Positions 16,170 to 31,989 of a stretch of DNA of 64,000 nt are shown piece by piece. The first letter of the stretch is position 1. Each line of letters starts with the position of its first letter. The notes beneath the pieces were generated by a model. That model ran no database searches. It was given only the letters and a program-made list of their open reading frames with translations, and had not been told where the DNA came from. Origin of the DNA: the human T2T-CHM13v2.0 reference genome, Homo sapiens; assembly GCF_009914755.1 (NCBI RefSeq), contig NC_060925.1; one strand, given 5' to 3'. Both the position numbers and the translations under genes were made by a program.

Positions 16170-17500
16170 AAATTTAATTTTAATTTTAGATTCAGGGGGT
16201 ACTTGTGCAGGTTTATCATTAGGTTGTGGCAAAAGTGATTGCGATTTTTGCCATTACGTTCAATGGCAAAAACCACAAACACTTTTGCACCAACCTAACA
16301 CAAGGGCAGATTGTGTGATGCTGAGCTTTGGGCTTCTGTTGATCCCATCACCCAAACAGTGGACATAGTACTCAATAGGAAGTTTTTCAGCCCTTGCTCC
16401 TCTCCCTCTCTGCCTCCTTTTGGAGTCTCCAGTGTCTGTTGTTCCTAACTTTATGTCCATGTGTACCCAGAGTTTAGCCCCCACTACTAAGTGAGAACAC
16501 ATGATATTTGCTTTTCTGTTTCTGTGTTAATTCACTTAGGATAATGACCTCCAGCTGCATACATGTTGCTGCAAAGGACATAATTCTATTCTTTTTTTAT
16601 GGTAGTGTAGTACTCCATGGTATATATGTACCACAGTTTCTTAATGCAATCCACCGTGGATGGTCATCTAGTTGATTCTATATCCATGCTATTGTGAATA
16701 GTGCTGCAATAAACTTATGAGCGCAGGTGTCTTTTTGGTAGAACAATATATTTACCCTTGAATATATACCCAGTAATGGGATTCATGGGTTGAATGGTAG
16801 TTCTAGGTTCCTTGAGAAATCTCCTAACTGCTTTCCACAGGGGCTGAACTAATTTACATTCCCACATAAGTATTCCCTTTTCTCTACAGCCTTGCCAGCA
16901 TCTGTTATATTGTTACTTTTTAGTAATACTCATTCTGACTGGTGTGAGATGATATCTCATTGTGGTTTTGATTTGTATTTCTCTGATGATTAGTGATGTT
17001 GAACTTTTTTTACATATTGGTTGGCTCTATGTCTTCTTTTGAAAATTGTCTATTCATGCCCTTTGCTCATTTTTTAATGGAGTTGTTTTTTGCTTGTTGA
17101 TTTGTTTCAGTTCCTTATAGATTCTGGATATTAGACCTTTGTCAGATGTATAATTTGTGAATATTTTCTCCCATTCTGTAGGTCGTCTGTTTATTCTGTT
17201 GATAGTTTCTTTTTCTGTGCAGAAGCTCTTTAGTTTAATTAGGCCCAACTTGTCAATTTTTGTTTTTGTTGCAATTGTTTTTGAGCACCTAGTCATAAAT
17301 TATTTGCCAAGGCGAATGTCCGGAAGTGTATTTCCTAGGTTTTCTTCTAGGATTTTTTATAGTTTGAGGTCTTACATTTAAATCTTTAATTCATCTTATT
17401 TTTTGTATATGCTGAGAAGTAGGAGTCTAATTTCATTCTTCTGCATATGGTTAGCCAGTTTTCCCAGCACTATTTATTGAATAGGGAGTCCTTTTCCCAT
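16170..17500 (-). mobile_element. L1 (L1PA/PB) 3' region
   Basis: L1 3'UTR and ORF2 C-terminus antisense (ORF 17054-17296 [17 protein letters not shown]). Confidence 0.9.
16219..16298. mobile_element. MADE1 (Hsmar1-derived palindromic MITE)
   Basis: 80-bp near-palindrome TTAGGTTG..GCAAAAGT...ACTTTTGCACCAACCTAA. Confidence 0.9.
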
Positions 17501-17599
17501 AAACACTGGCTTTGATGCATTCTAAGTGTTTCTTACTTTTGACTATGACTTATAATAGCAACAATAACAAGAATGATAAAAATAAAAAATGAAATACAT

Positions 17600-17915
<316 letters not shown>

Positions 17916-17998
17916 TTACTGAGCCGGACACTGTACTAAATGTTTTCCGTTTAATATTGTTTTCATTTAATTCTTACGACAAATTATGAGATAGGTAC

Positions 17999-18865
<867 letters not shown>

Positions 18866-19079
18866 GGTACTATTATTGTGTTCACCGTTTTTATGCGAAG
18901 AAACAGATGCAATGGGATTAGGAATCTTGCCCAAGGTCACAAAGTTCCTATGAGCCAGTGTCAAGATGCAAGTTTAGGCTGCCTGGCTCCTGACTATTCT
19001 ACACAAACCATGTGGTCTCTTACCAGTCTAAGGGCTACAGAAGTAATCCATGTCATGAAAGGACTCAGCCCACTTACAA

Positions 19080-19590
19080 TCACTCACCCCACACACTACA
19101 TGCACCACACACATACCACATCATACACATTATACACACACCACACATACCACACCTCACAGATACACACATGCACCATACACACCAACACCGACCCCCA
19201 CACACACCCACACCCAGCTACGCTACAGACCACCCACACTACACATTATACATTACACACCCCGCACACCACACATCACAGATGCACACACGCACCACAC
19301 AACACACACACAACATACACCACACACACCCACACACACCACACACCTCCCCACACATCCACAGCCCCCCATCACACTGCAGATGCTATGCATCACAGAT
19401 ACACACATGCACCACACACCACACCTCCCCACCCCCGACACAGCCACACCTCTCTACACACCACAGACATCACACATCACAGACACACACATTCACCACC
19501 CACCACACACCCACAATATACACGCAGGCATGCACATACCACTCACAAATCACTCACGCACTGACGCATGCATGGTAACATAGACATACA
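19080..19590. repeat. Degenerate (CA)n / CAC-rich low-complexity tract
   Basis: Seen directly; explains the His/Thr-rich ORFs. Confidence 0.92.
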
Positions 19591-20042
19591 CTCATGGTTA
19601 CATAACTGAAAAAAAGTTATGCAAACAAAATGTGTCTCTGTCAGATGTGTTGCTCCAACATTTTGTTTTGTCTTTCATTTTATTTTTTAGAGTGCTGGAC
19701 ACTGCCCACTACATTAATGGTTCTCTCAAGGTGGGGCAGCCCTGCCTGTAGCCAACTAGACTGAGATAACAGTATTAGCCTCTTCTCTACAAATCCAATT
19801 TGAGGCCAGACAACAGAGGGAACTCGGTGGGTGAGGACAGTGTAGACTGGCTGTGCTGTAGATATTTTTGAGAAAATTTGTGATTGTGAGTGGGGCATAT
19901 GGGTTATACTTTTTGGGTTTCATGATATAAATTTTGAGAATGCTTGATTCAATGATTTGTCATCTCTTTTGCTTAATAAGAGATATATACTTTGATGAAG
20001 AGCCACAAGAGAATGTCTAAAGTACTTTTAAGAAATATTTTT

Positions 20043-20337
20043 GGGCCAGGCACAGTGGTGCACACCTGTCATCCCAGCCCTTTGGGAGGCTGAGGCAGGT
20101 GAATTGCGTGAGCCCAGGAGTTCAAGACCAGCCTGGGTAACATGGCAAGACCTCATCTCTACTAAAAATTTAAAAATCAGCCAGGCACAGATGCCTGTAT
20201 TCCTAGGTACTAGGGAAGCTGAAGCGGGAAGATGGCTTGAGCCCTGAAGGTTGAGGCTGCAGTGAGCCAAGATTGAGCCACTGCATTCCAGCCTGGGCAA
20301 CAGAATGACAGCCTGTCTTTTTAAAAAAGAAAAAAAA
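20043..20337 (+). mobile_element. AluJ
   Basis: Diverged sense Alu. Confidence 0.88.
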
Positions 20338-20487
20338 GTGTTTTTGAAGAAAAGTCCAATCTCTTGTAAATAAAGTCTTTATAGCTAATTTATACTTTCT
20401 AGGTAATGACTAACACAATGAAAACTAAGCTCTTTATGAAGTCTTTGCAGTAAAGGGTTGATTCAGCAGAAAAAAAGGCGTCGCCTG

Positions 20488-21160
20488 TGTCAACCCCAAA
20501 TAACCAAAAGGATCAGAATCTAGTTTAAAGAGAGTTTATTCAAGCACAAAGTTGAGGACAGGCCTGCCTGGGAAGCACAGATTCCAAAGAATGGAAGTCA
20601 GTGCTCCAAACTGTAGATTTGAGATTGCTTATATAGACAAAGCATGGGGAAGTTTAACAGACTTTCAACATCTTTCTATATAAGGGTTAATGCATAGTTA
20701 CAACAATCTGAGTAGGTCAAGGTAGTCTTGTTCCTTCCTTCCCTCCCTCCCTCCCTCCCTCCCTCCCTCCCTCCCTTCCTTCCTTCCTTCCTTCCTTCCC
20801 TTCCTTCCTTCTTTCCTTTCTTCCTTTTACTTTATTTCTTTCTTTGAAAGGCATATTTAGCATTCTACCCTGACGATGTAACGGTCATAGAGGGACTTGG
20901 GTGTCATCTGGTCTGAGTTAGTTACAGGACAATAAAGGAGGCAGTTAATCTAAAAAAAAAAAATCAGTGATTGGATGGAGGCGTGAAGGTCTGGTTTCTG
21001 GTCTCCTAGTCATTTATAGAACAAGAATAAAAATGAAGAGAGTTAAGCTGTAATCTAAGAAGCACAACTGTAAACATTCTATGTGATTCAATCTCTGGGA
21101 CTTAACTTCTCCTTTGGCATAATATATTTAGAGGGTCCTGAAATTTTCTTTTCTTTCACA
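20488..21160 (-). mobile_element. Solo ERV1 LTR (MER65/MER4-group-like) with internal (CCTT)n/(CCCT)n tract
   Basis: TG...CA termini, 4-bp TSD cctg (20484-20487 / 21161-21164). Confidence 0.7.
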
Positions 21161-21554
21161 CCTGGCTATTAAGAAGCTACCTCTAAGCCCTTGGAATATC
21201 CTGCCTGATAAAAGTGTTTTTATTTACTTGCAGCTTGGGCTACCCCAGACAGTCTATGTGAACAATATGATTTATGGTGTGGGCCTTGACTCATGCAGTA
21301 CCAGCTTGACCTTTGGATGGGTTGGAGACTCAGGCTAACCACTCAGGTAGTCAATCATATCTATTTGACTCACCTCTGAGAGAAACTCTGGACACCCAGG
21401 CTTGAGTGTCCTTCCCTGGTTGACAATTGTCTATATGCATTGTCATACGTTGTTGCTTGGAAAACTAAGCACTGTCTATACAACTGCACAGGGAAAAGAC
21501 AACTGGAAGTCTGTTGTGGTCTTTTCTGGATACTCTATATGTTTTACCTTTGGT

Positions 21555-23080
21555 CATTTATTTTTCCCAGATTTATTGAGGTATAATTGGTATCCAGAAA
21601 ATGGCACATAATTAATGTATACAATTTGGACATAGGTGCATACTCATGTTACCATCACCTCAGTAAAGGCAATGAACACATCCATCAATTTCAGAAGTTT
21701 CCTTTTATCCCTTTGTTGTTGTTTTCGATAAGAACATTCAACATGAGAAAAATCCTCTAACATTTTTAAGTGCACAAAACCTTATTGTTAACTTACGCAC
21801 TATGTTGTACAGCAGTTCTTCAGAACTTATGTTATGTAACTGTAACTTTATATCCATTGAATAACAACTCCCCATATCCCTCTCCCCCATCTCCTGGTAA
21901 CCAGGATTCTATTGCCTACTTTTTATATGTTTGACTATTTTAAATACCTCATATAAGAGGAATCAGGCAGTATCTGTCGTACTGTAACTGACTTATTTCA
22001 TTTAGTATCATGTCTTTCAAGTCCATCTAAATGACTGCAAATAGTAGGATTTCCTTCTTTTTAAAAGGCTGAATAATATTCTGTTGTCTGTATGTTTGTG
22101 TATACACATGTGCATTTTCTTTATCCACTCATCTCTCAATGGACATTTATTTGGGTTGTTTCCATATCTTGGCTATTGTGGATAATGCTACTATCAATGG
22201 GAGTGCAAATACCTCTTCAAGATTCTAATGTTTATTCTTTTGGCTACATACCCACAAGTGTTATTGCTGGATTATTTGACAGTTCTAGTTTAAGTCTTTT
22301 TTTCAGGAAACTCCATTCTATTTTCCATAATAGCTGTATTAATTCACATCTCCACCAACAATGTATAAGGTTTCCCTTTTCATTACATCTTTGACAACAT
22401 TCTTTTCTTTTTTGTTAATTGATTGATTGATTAAAGACATTCTAACAGGTATGAGATGATATTTCACTGTGGTTTTGATTCCTGTTTCTCTGATGATTAG
22501 TGATGTTGAGCATCTTTTTATATGTCTGCTGGCCCTGGCCATTTGTAGGTCTTTGGAGAAATGTGTGTACTCAGGTCCTTTGCTCATTTTTATATCAGGT
22601 TATTTTTGTTTTTGCTATTTATAGGAGTTCCTTATGTTGGAAATTAACCCATCATCAGATATGTTCTTTGAAAATATTTTCTCTCATTCTTTGGGTTGTC
22701 TTTTTATTTTATGGGTTGTTTCCTTTGTAATGCTGAAACTTTTTAGTTTGATATAGTCCCACTTGTCTATTTTTGGGTTTTTTTTGTGGTTTTTTTTGCC
22801 TGTCTTTTTGCTGTCAGATATATGAAATCATTGCCTGGACCTAGAAAAGTCAAGGAGCTTTACTTCTATGTTTTCTTCTAGGATTTTTAGGGTTATATAA
22901 CTTACGTTTTAGTGGTTAATCCATTTTGAGTTAATTTTTGTGTATGGTGTAAGACAAGACTCCGATTACATGCTTTTGGATGTGGATATACAATTTTCCC
23001 TATTTATTGAAGAGACTATCATTTTCCTATTGTGTATTCATGGCACTCTTGTTAAACATCAGCTGACAATGTATGCATGG
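21555..23080 (-). mobile_element. L1MA/MB 3' fragment
   Basis: Antisense L1 3' end and ORF2 ([11 protein letters not shown]); TSD tacctttg. Confidence 0.85.
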
Positions 23081-23149
23081 GTACCTTTGCTGATTTTAAC
23101 CTGTATTCTTTCACTTTAATAAGTCAAAACTCACTGTAATGAATATACA

Positions 23150-23604
23150 CATTTTCTTTTTTCTTCTTTTTCCCTTTCTTCCCTCCCTCCCTCCCTCCCT
23201 CCTTTCTTTCTTGCTTGCTTGCTTGCTTGCTTGCTTTCCTTTCCTTCCTTCCCCTTCCCCTTCCTCTTCTCCTTCCTTCCTTTTCTCTCTCTCTCTTTCT
23301 TTCTTCTTTCTTAGATGAGGTCTCGCTCTGATTGTCACTGGCTGGAGTGCAATGACACAATCATAGCTCACTGCAACCTCAAACTCCTGTGCTCATGTGA
23401 TCCTCCTGCCTCAGCCTCCTGAGTAGTTGGGACTCCAGGTGTGTATGGCCTGCATCTGGCTATTTTGTTGTTGTTGTTAATTTTTTTAGAGATGGGATCT
23501 TGCTATGTTGTCCAGGCTGGTCTCTAACTTCTAGTCTCAAGCTATCCTCCCAACTCAGCCTCCCAAAGTGTTGGAATTATAGGCTTGAGCCATCACACCC
23601 AGCC
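23150..23604 (-). mobile_element. AluJ with an expanded pyrimidine simple-repeat tail
   Basis: (CCCT)n, (GCTT)n and (CTTT)n tract followed by antisense Alu. Confidence 0.85.
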
Positions 23605-24001
23605 TATAACAACTTTTCTGAGTTCTGTAAGTCCTTCCAGCCAGTCATTGAACCTGAGAGTGGTCTTTGGGTCAACCAACAACAGGCCAATGTTTGGGAA
23701 CTTAACAAAGAGAAAGAAGCCAGAGGAGTGTGACTGTGGCCACAGTCTGGTTTTCCTCTGATTTCACAGGGACCAGTCCTGCCCACAGAGTGCTAGGCCT
23801 CCTCTTTGGTGGTGAGTAGCCCCCATATTTGTGGCTATACTGCCAGCCCAACCTGGCACACAAAGAGGAGGAAGGACAAAGAGGAGGAAGAAGGTCTGAG
23901 TAGCAAGGGTTCTGCTGCTCAAGGAAGCAAGACTACCTTTAAGAATTGGCTCCTGTTCTGTTCCCCAATCCAATAATCATCCTCGTGTCTGGTGCTGTTA
24001 G

Positions 24002-24690
<689 letters not shown>

Positions 24691-24709
24691 GGCTTGCAGT
24701 TTTATGCAG

Positions 24710-24916
24710 TTTTAAATAGGCTCCCTGGTTCTCAGGCCGTTGACTCAAATTGGAATTACAACACTGGCTTTCCTGGGTCTTCAGCTTGCAGACAGCAGAT
24801 TTTGAAACCTCTTAGTCTCCATAATCCATAAGCCAATTTCTCATAAATCTTTTCATATATACATATATATATATATTCTCTTGGTTCTCTTTATCTGGAA
24901 AACTCTAACTCTCACA
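24710..24916 (+). mobile_element. MLT2 (ERVL LTR) 3' fragment
   Basis: ctttcctgggtcttcagcttgcagacagcagat...ttggttctctttatctggaaaactctaact. Confidence 0.7.
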
Positions 24917-25442
24917 ATCATGCATACGTTTATCATTCCTTATGGATATTCTTTTTCTTTTAGAGATGGGGTCTTGCTCTGTCACCTAGGTTGGAGTGCA
25001 GTGGCACGATCACAGCTCACGGCAGCCTCAAGCTCCTGGGCTCAAGCAATCTTCCTGCCTCAGCCTCCTGAGTAGCAGCACACCTATAGCTCCAGCTGCT
25101 TCTAATTGGCCATCTTGGCCCCTCCCTCCTACAAAAAACTTTTAGAGGGAAGGGACAAAATTACTGATTAGAAGCAGCTGCAGTCTTCAGCGCTCACCAA
25201 GAAGAATGAAAATGGTAAGTGCATTCTATACCTTCAACTGAGATATCCAGTTGATATTGGATGCTGGCTAGGCAGTGACCCATGGAGAGCAAGGAAAAGC
25301 AAGGTGGGGCGACAGCCCACCTGGGAGCTGCATGGAGCAAGGGGATCGCCCGCTCCCAGGCCAGGGAGGCCGTGAGGGATTGCACTACCCCACCCAGGAA
25401 ATCACACTTTTCCCATGGATCTTTGCAACCCATAGATCAGGA

Positions 25443-26022
25443 TGTAAAAAGTAAAGTAGAGGTTCCTCTTCAAAGATTTTCCTCCCCATTTAATTAGGAA
25501 TAAATAGTAACTTCTCTTAGAAGCAAAATTTATTCAAAGACCTGTGCTAACATTCTTAAATATCTGCTAGCCGTGGTAAAGAAATCAAAGTACTTTATGT
25601 CACAATTTAGCCTAAATATTTGCCCTAGCATGCTTATGCTGGTCCAAGCAAGCATTAGGTGATAGCCTGTTCCTCTTCCTTATGTGAAGGTGCTTTTTAC
25701 CTTTCTCAGCATTCCACCAGTTACTTCCTCCTTCCTTTGTTCCCCTCTACCTTTGCCTCTTTAAGAAAGTTCTAAGTTGCTAGCCGATCGGAACAAATAC
25801 AGGATGTGAGGTCCCGTGCCAGCCGATGGAAACCAGACACAGCAGTAGGGTGGATGCGTCAGGTTATAAATGACCCTGTCTTCTTTGTTTGGTGTACTCT
25901 CATGGCAAAACTGCTGGCAAGCATACCTTTTCTGCAGTAAGTAAAAATGGCCTTGCTGAGTAAATTAAATGTATGTTCAAGTGCTATTTCTTTACGGCAC
26001 TGGGGAACAAGCATTTCAAACA
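25443..26022 (+). mobile_element. Solo LTR10-family LTR inside the L1 5'UTR
   Basis: TG...CA termini, TSD agga (25439-25442 / 26023-26026), TATA (gttataaa) near 25863; clearly similar to the LTR at 62850-63373. Confidence 0.75.
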
Positions 26023-29000
26023 AGGAGATTCCTTCTTGAGCCTATGCCACCAGGGCCTTGGGTCCCAGGCACAGAGCTGTGCAGACCTGGTGGCCACTCC
26101 AGTCAGCAGCTGCTCGGGAAGGCACAGAGATGCAGGAGTTTTTGCATGCTGAAGCTTGAAAATTCCTGTGAGGCAGGAGATCTGTCTGTTCCTGTAGGAA
26201 GGGGGCTGAAGCCAGGAACCCAAGGGGCATCTTTCAGTGGGCTCCACTCCCACAAAACCTTACCAGCTAAGACCCACTGGCTTAGAAATCCCCATGGGCC
26301 AGTGGCAGCGACTGGAGACTGCCTGAGATGACCGAGTTCCTGGGGAAAGGGGCAGCTGCCATCTCTGCAGCTCCAGTTGGCTATTTTGCCCTCCTAATGC
26401 TGGGGAGACTGGGTGGTTTGGACCGGGAGGGATTCCCCACAGTGGAGCTCAGCAGCTACGGCAGGTTGTGGCCAGATTGCTTCTTTACATGGGACCCCGA
26501 CCCATTCCTCCTCACTGGGTGGGGCCTCCCTGTGGGAATTTCAGCAACTCCAGCCAGGGTTTAATGGACAGAACTCTGATCTCCCTGGGATGCAGCCCCT
26601 TGGGGGAGGGGCAGCCATGGTCTCTGCAGTTCAGCCGACAGCCTTTCCCGCCTGCTGGCTTTGGAGAGTCTGGGCAGTCCAGATGACAGGGGTTCTCCCC
26701 AACAGTGTACCAACTCCACCAAGGGGCAGCCAGACTACTTCTTCAAGCAGGTCCCCCCAATCCTATCCCTCCTGACTGAATGAGACCTCCCAACAGGGGT
26801 CTCCAGACACCTCCAGCAGCATTTGGGCTTGAATCAGGTCAATGTTCCTCTGGGAAGGAGCAGGCTGCCACCTTTGCTCTCCTGACCTCATGATCCGCCC
26901 ACCTCGGCCTCCCAAAGTGCTGGGATTACAGGCGTGAGCCACCGCACCTGGCTCAACATTTTTAAAGAAAAGAATTTCAAACCCAGAATTTCATATCCAG
27001 CCACACTAAGCTTTATAAGCAAAAAAGAAATAAGACCCTTTTCAGATGAGCAAATGCTGAGGGAATTCATCACCACCAGGCCTGCCTGGCAGGAGCTCCT
27101 GAAGGAAGCACTAAATATGGAAAGGAAAAACCGTTACCAGCCACTACAAAAACACACTGAAGTACACAGACCAACAACACTATGAAGCAACTACATAAAC
27201 AAATCTACAAAATAACCAGCTAGCATCATGATGACGGGAACAAATTCACAAAGAAAAACATTAACCTTAAATGTAAATGGGCTAAATGCTCCAATTAAAG
27301 GACAAAAAATGGCAAACTGGATAGAGTCAAGACCCATCAGTATGCTATATTCAACAGACCCATCTCACATGCAGAGACACAAATAGGCTCAAAATAAAGG
27401 GATGGATGAAAATTTACCAAGCAAATGGAAAACAGAAAAAAGCAGGGTTTTTTTGTAGTTTCTGACAAAACAGACTTTAAACCAACAGAGATTAAAAACA
27501 CAAAGAAGGGCATTACATAATGGTAAAGGGTTCAATTAAACAAGAGGAGTTAACTATCCTAAATATATATGCACCCAATACTGGGGCACCCACATTCTTA
27601 AAACAAGTTCTTAGAGAGTTACAGAGAAACTTAGACTCCCCTACAATAACAGTGGGAGACTTTAATACCCCACTGACAATATTAGACAGATTATAGAGAC
27701 AGAAAATTAACAAAAATATTCAGGACCTGAACTCAGATCTGAATCAAGTGGATCTTATAGATATCTACAAAACTCTCCACCCAAATTCAACAGAATATAC
27801 ATTCTTCTCATCACCACAAAGAACTTACTATAGTTGAACATGTAATCTGAAGTAAAACACTCCTCAGCAAATGCAAAAAACTGAAATCATAACAGTTTCT
27901 CAGAACACAGTGCAATCAAATTAGAATTCAAGATTAAGAAACTCACTCAAAACCACACCACTACGTAGAAATTGAAAAACCTGATCCTGAATGACTCCTG
28001 GGTAAATAATAAGGCAGAAATCAAGAAGTTCTTTGAAGCCAATGAGAACAAAGAGACAACACACCAGAATCTCTGGAATGCAGCGAAAGCAGTGTTAAGA
28101 GGAAAATTTATAGTACTAAATGCCCACATCAAAAAGCCAGAAAGAGCTCAAGTCAATACCCTAACATCACAAATAAAAAACTATCCCCAAAGCTAGCAGA
28201 AGACAAGAAATAACCAAGATCAGAGTAGAAATAAAGGTGATAGAGACATCAAAAACCCTTAAAAAAATCAGCAAATTCAGGAGCTGTTTTTTTTGGGAAA
28301 AAAAAAAAAAAGTAAAATAGATAGACTACTAGCTACACTAATACAGAAAAGAAGGAGAAGAATCAAATAGATATAATTAGAAACAATAAAGGGGATATCA
28401 CCACTGACGCCAATGGAAATATGAACAACCATCAGAAAATACTACAAACACCTCTATGCAAATAAACTACAAAATCTAGAAGAAATGGATAAATTGCTGG
28501 ATATATACACCCTCCCAAGACTGAACCAGGAAGAAGTTGAGTCCCTGAATAGACCAATAATGAGTTCTGAAATTGAGGCAGTAATAAATAGCCTACCAAA
28601 AAAAAAAAAAAAAAAAGCCCAGGATCAGAAGGATTATAGCTTAATTCTACCAGAGGTGTAAAGAGGAGCTGGTAACATTTCTTCTGACACTATTTCAAAC
28701 AATTGAAAAGGAGGGACTCCTCCCTAATTCATTTTATGAGGAAAGCATCATCCTGATACCAAGACCTGGCAGAAATACAACAACAACAAAAAAACAGAAA
28801 TCAGGCCAGTATCCCTGATGAACATCAATCCAAAAAATACTCAATAAAATACTGGCAAGCTGAATCCAGCATCACATCAAAAAGCTTATCCACCATGATC
28901 AAGTTGTCTTCATCCCCAGGATGCAAGGTTGGTTCAACATATACAAATCAATGTATGTAATTCATCACATAAACAGAACTAAAGACAAAAACCACATGGT

Positions 29001-30479
29001 TGTCGCAATAGAAGCATAAAAGATCTTTGATAAAATCCAACATCCTTCATGTTAAAAACTCTCAATAAACTAAGTATTGAAGAAAATACCTCAAAATAAT
29101 AAGAGCCATAGATGACAAACCCACAGTCAATAGCATACTTAATGGTCAAAAGGTGGAAGGAATCTTTTTAAAAACTGGCACAAGACAAGGATGTCCTCTC
29201 TCACTATTCCTATTCAACATGGTATTGGAAGTTTTGGCCAGGGCAGTCAGACAAGAGAAAGAAAGAAAGGTTATTCAAGTAGAAGAGAGGAAGTTAAATT
29301 ATCTTTGTTTGCAGGTGACATGATCATATATCTAGAAAACCCCATTGGGTCAGCCCAAAAGCTTGTTAAGCTCATAAGGAACTTTAGCAAAGTCTCAGGA
29401 TACAAAGTCAGTGTATGAAAATCACAAGCATTCCTATGTACCAAGAACAGACAAGCAGAGAGCCAAACCATGAATGAACTCCCATTCGCAATGCCCACAA
29501 ACAAAATAAAATACCTAGGAATAAAGCTAACAGGGGAAGTGAAGGACCTCTTCAAGGAGAGCTACAAACCACTGCTCAAGGAAATCAGAGAGGACACAAA
29601 CAAATGGGAAAACATTCCATGCTCAGGGATAGGAAGAATCAATATTGTGAAAATGGCCATATTGCCCAAACTAATTTATAGATTCAATGCTATTCCTATT
29701 AAATTGCTATGGACATTTTTCACAGAAATAAAAAAATATATTTTAAATTTCATATGGAACCAAAAAAAAGTCCTAATAGCCAAGACAATCCAAAGCAACA
29801 AGAGCAAAGCTGGAGGCATCAGGGTACCCGACTTCAAACTATATAAGAAGGCTATGGTAACCAAGACAGCATGGTACTGGTACAAAAATGACACATAGAT
29901 CAATGGAACAGACTAGAGAACTCAGAAATAAGACTGCACACCTACAACTATCTGATCTTTGATAAACCTGACAAAAACAAGCAATGAAGAAATAATTCTC
30001 TATTTAACAAATGGTACTGGGAAAACTGGCTAGCCATATGCAGAAAACTGAAACTGGACCCCATCCTTACACTTTATACAAAAAATAACTCAAGATGGAT
30101 TAAAGGCTTAAATGTAAAATCCAAAACTATAAAAACCCAGAAGAAAATCTAGGCAATACCATTCAGGACATAGACACGGGCAAAACCTTTATCACAAAAA
30201 CGCCAAAAGCCATTGCAACAGAAGTGAAAACTGACAAATGGGATCTAATTAAACTAAAAAGCTTCTGCACAGCAAAAACAAAACAAAGCAAAAAAACCAC
30301 AAACCATCATCAGAGTGAACAGACAACCTCCAGAATGGGAGAAAAATTTTGCAATCTATTCATTTGACAAAGGTCTGATATCCAGAGTCTACAAGGAATA
30401 AAAACAAATTTACAAGAACAAAAACAAACAGCCCCATTAAAAACATCATTGATCATTAGAGAAATGCAAATCAAAACTA

Positions 30480-30848
<369 letters not shown>

Positions 30849-31689
30849 TTACTGGCAAGGTTGCAGAGAAATCAGAATGCTTTTACACTGTTGGTTCAAA
30901 TGTAAATCAGTTCAACCATTGTGAAAGACAGTGTGGTGATTCCTCAAAGATCTAAAATCAGAAATACCATTTGACTCAGCAATCCTATTACTGGGCATAT
31001 ACCCACAGGAATATAAATCATTCTATGATAAAGATACCATGCATGCATATGTTCATTGCAGCACTACTCACAACAGCTAAGACATGTAATCAACCCAAAT
31101 GCCCATCAGTGATAGACTGGATAAAGAAAATGTGGTACATATACAACATGGAATACTATGTAGCAATAAAAAGGATTGAGATCATATCTTTTTGCAGGGA
31201 GATGGATGGAGCTGGGAACCATTATCCTCAGCAAACTAATGTAGGAACAGAAAACCCAACACCACATGTTCTCACTTATAAGTGGGAGATGAACTATGAG
31301 AACACACAGATGGGGCAGTGGGGGTGGGGTGGCGGGGAACAACACAGTGGGGCCTGTCAGGGACCTATGGGGAGGGAGAGCATCAGGAAAAGTAGCTAAT
31401 GCTTGTTAAGCTTAATACCTAGGTGATGGGTTGATCTGTGCAGCAAAATCAGCATGGCACATTTACCTATATAACAAACCTGCACACCCTGCACACGTAC
31501 CCCTGAACTTAAAATAAAAGCTGAAGAAAAAACAAGTTTTTTTGTAGAGATGGGATCTTCCTATATTGCCCAGGCTGGTCTCAAACTTCTGTGCTCAAAT
31601 GATCCTCCTGCTTTGGCCTTCCAAATTTCTGGGATTTCAGACATGAACCATTGCTCCTGACTCCCTATCAACTAATTCTTAACTTTAAA

Positions 31690-31989
31690 TTTATTTTTAT
31701 TTTTTGTTTTCTTTTAGAGACAGGGTCTCATTCTGTCACCTAGGTTGGAGTGCAGTGGCATGATCATAGCTCATTGAGGTCTCAAACTCCTGGGCTCAAG
31801 CAGTCCTCCTGTCTTAGCTTCCTGAGTATCTGGGGCTACAGGTGTGTACCATCACACCTGGCTAACTTTAATGTAGCATAGTCTTACTATGTTGCCCAGG
31901 CTGGTCTTGAACTCTTGGCCTCAGGCGATTCTCCCACCTCAGGCTTCCAAAGTGCTGGGATTACAGGTGTGAGCCACCACTGCCCAGCC
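31690..31989 (-). mobile_element. AluJ
   Basis: Antisense dimeric Alu. Confidence 0.88.

Larger units (their letters stand above)
20447..23685 (+). mobile_element. MER21-like LTR fragmented by an LTR, an L1 and an AluJ
   Basis: ctctaagcccttggaatatcctgcctgataa and ttctgagttctgtaagtccttccagc..gaacctgag motifs resume across the insertions. Confidence 0.65.

Noticed and set aside
18878-19583. 228-aa and 188-aa His/Thr-rich ORFs
   Set aside because: Produced by the stop-poor CA-rich low-complexity tract
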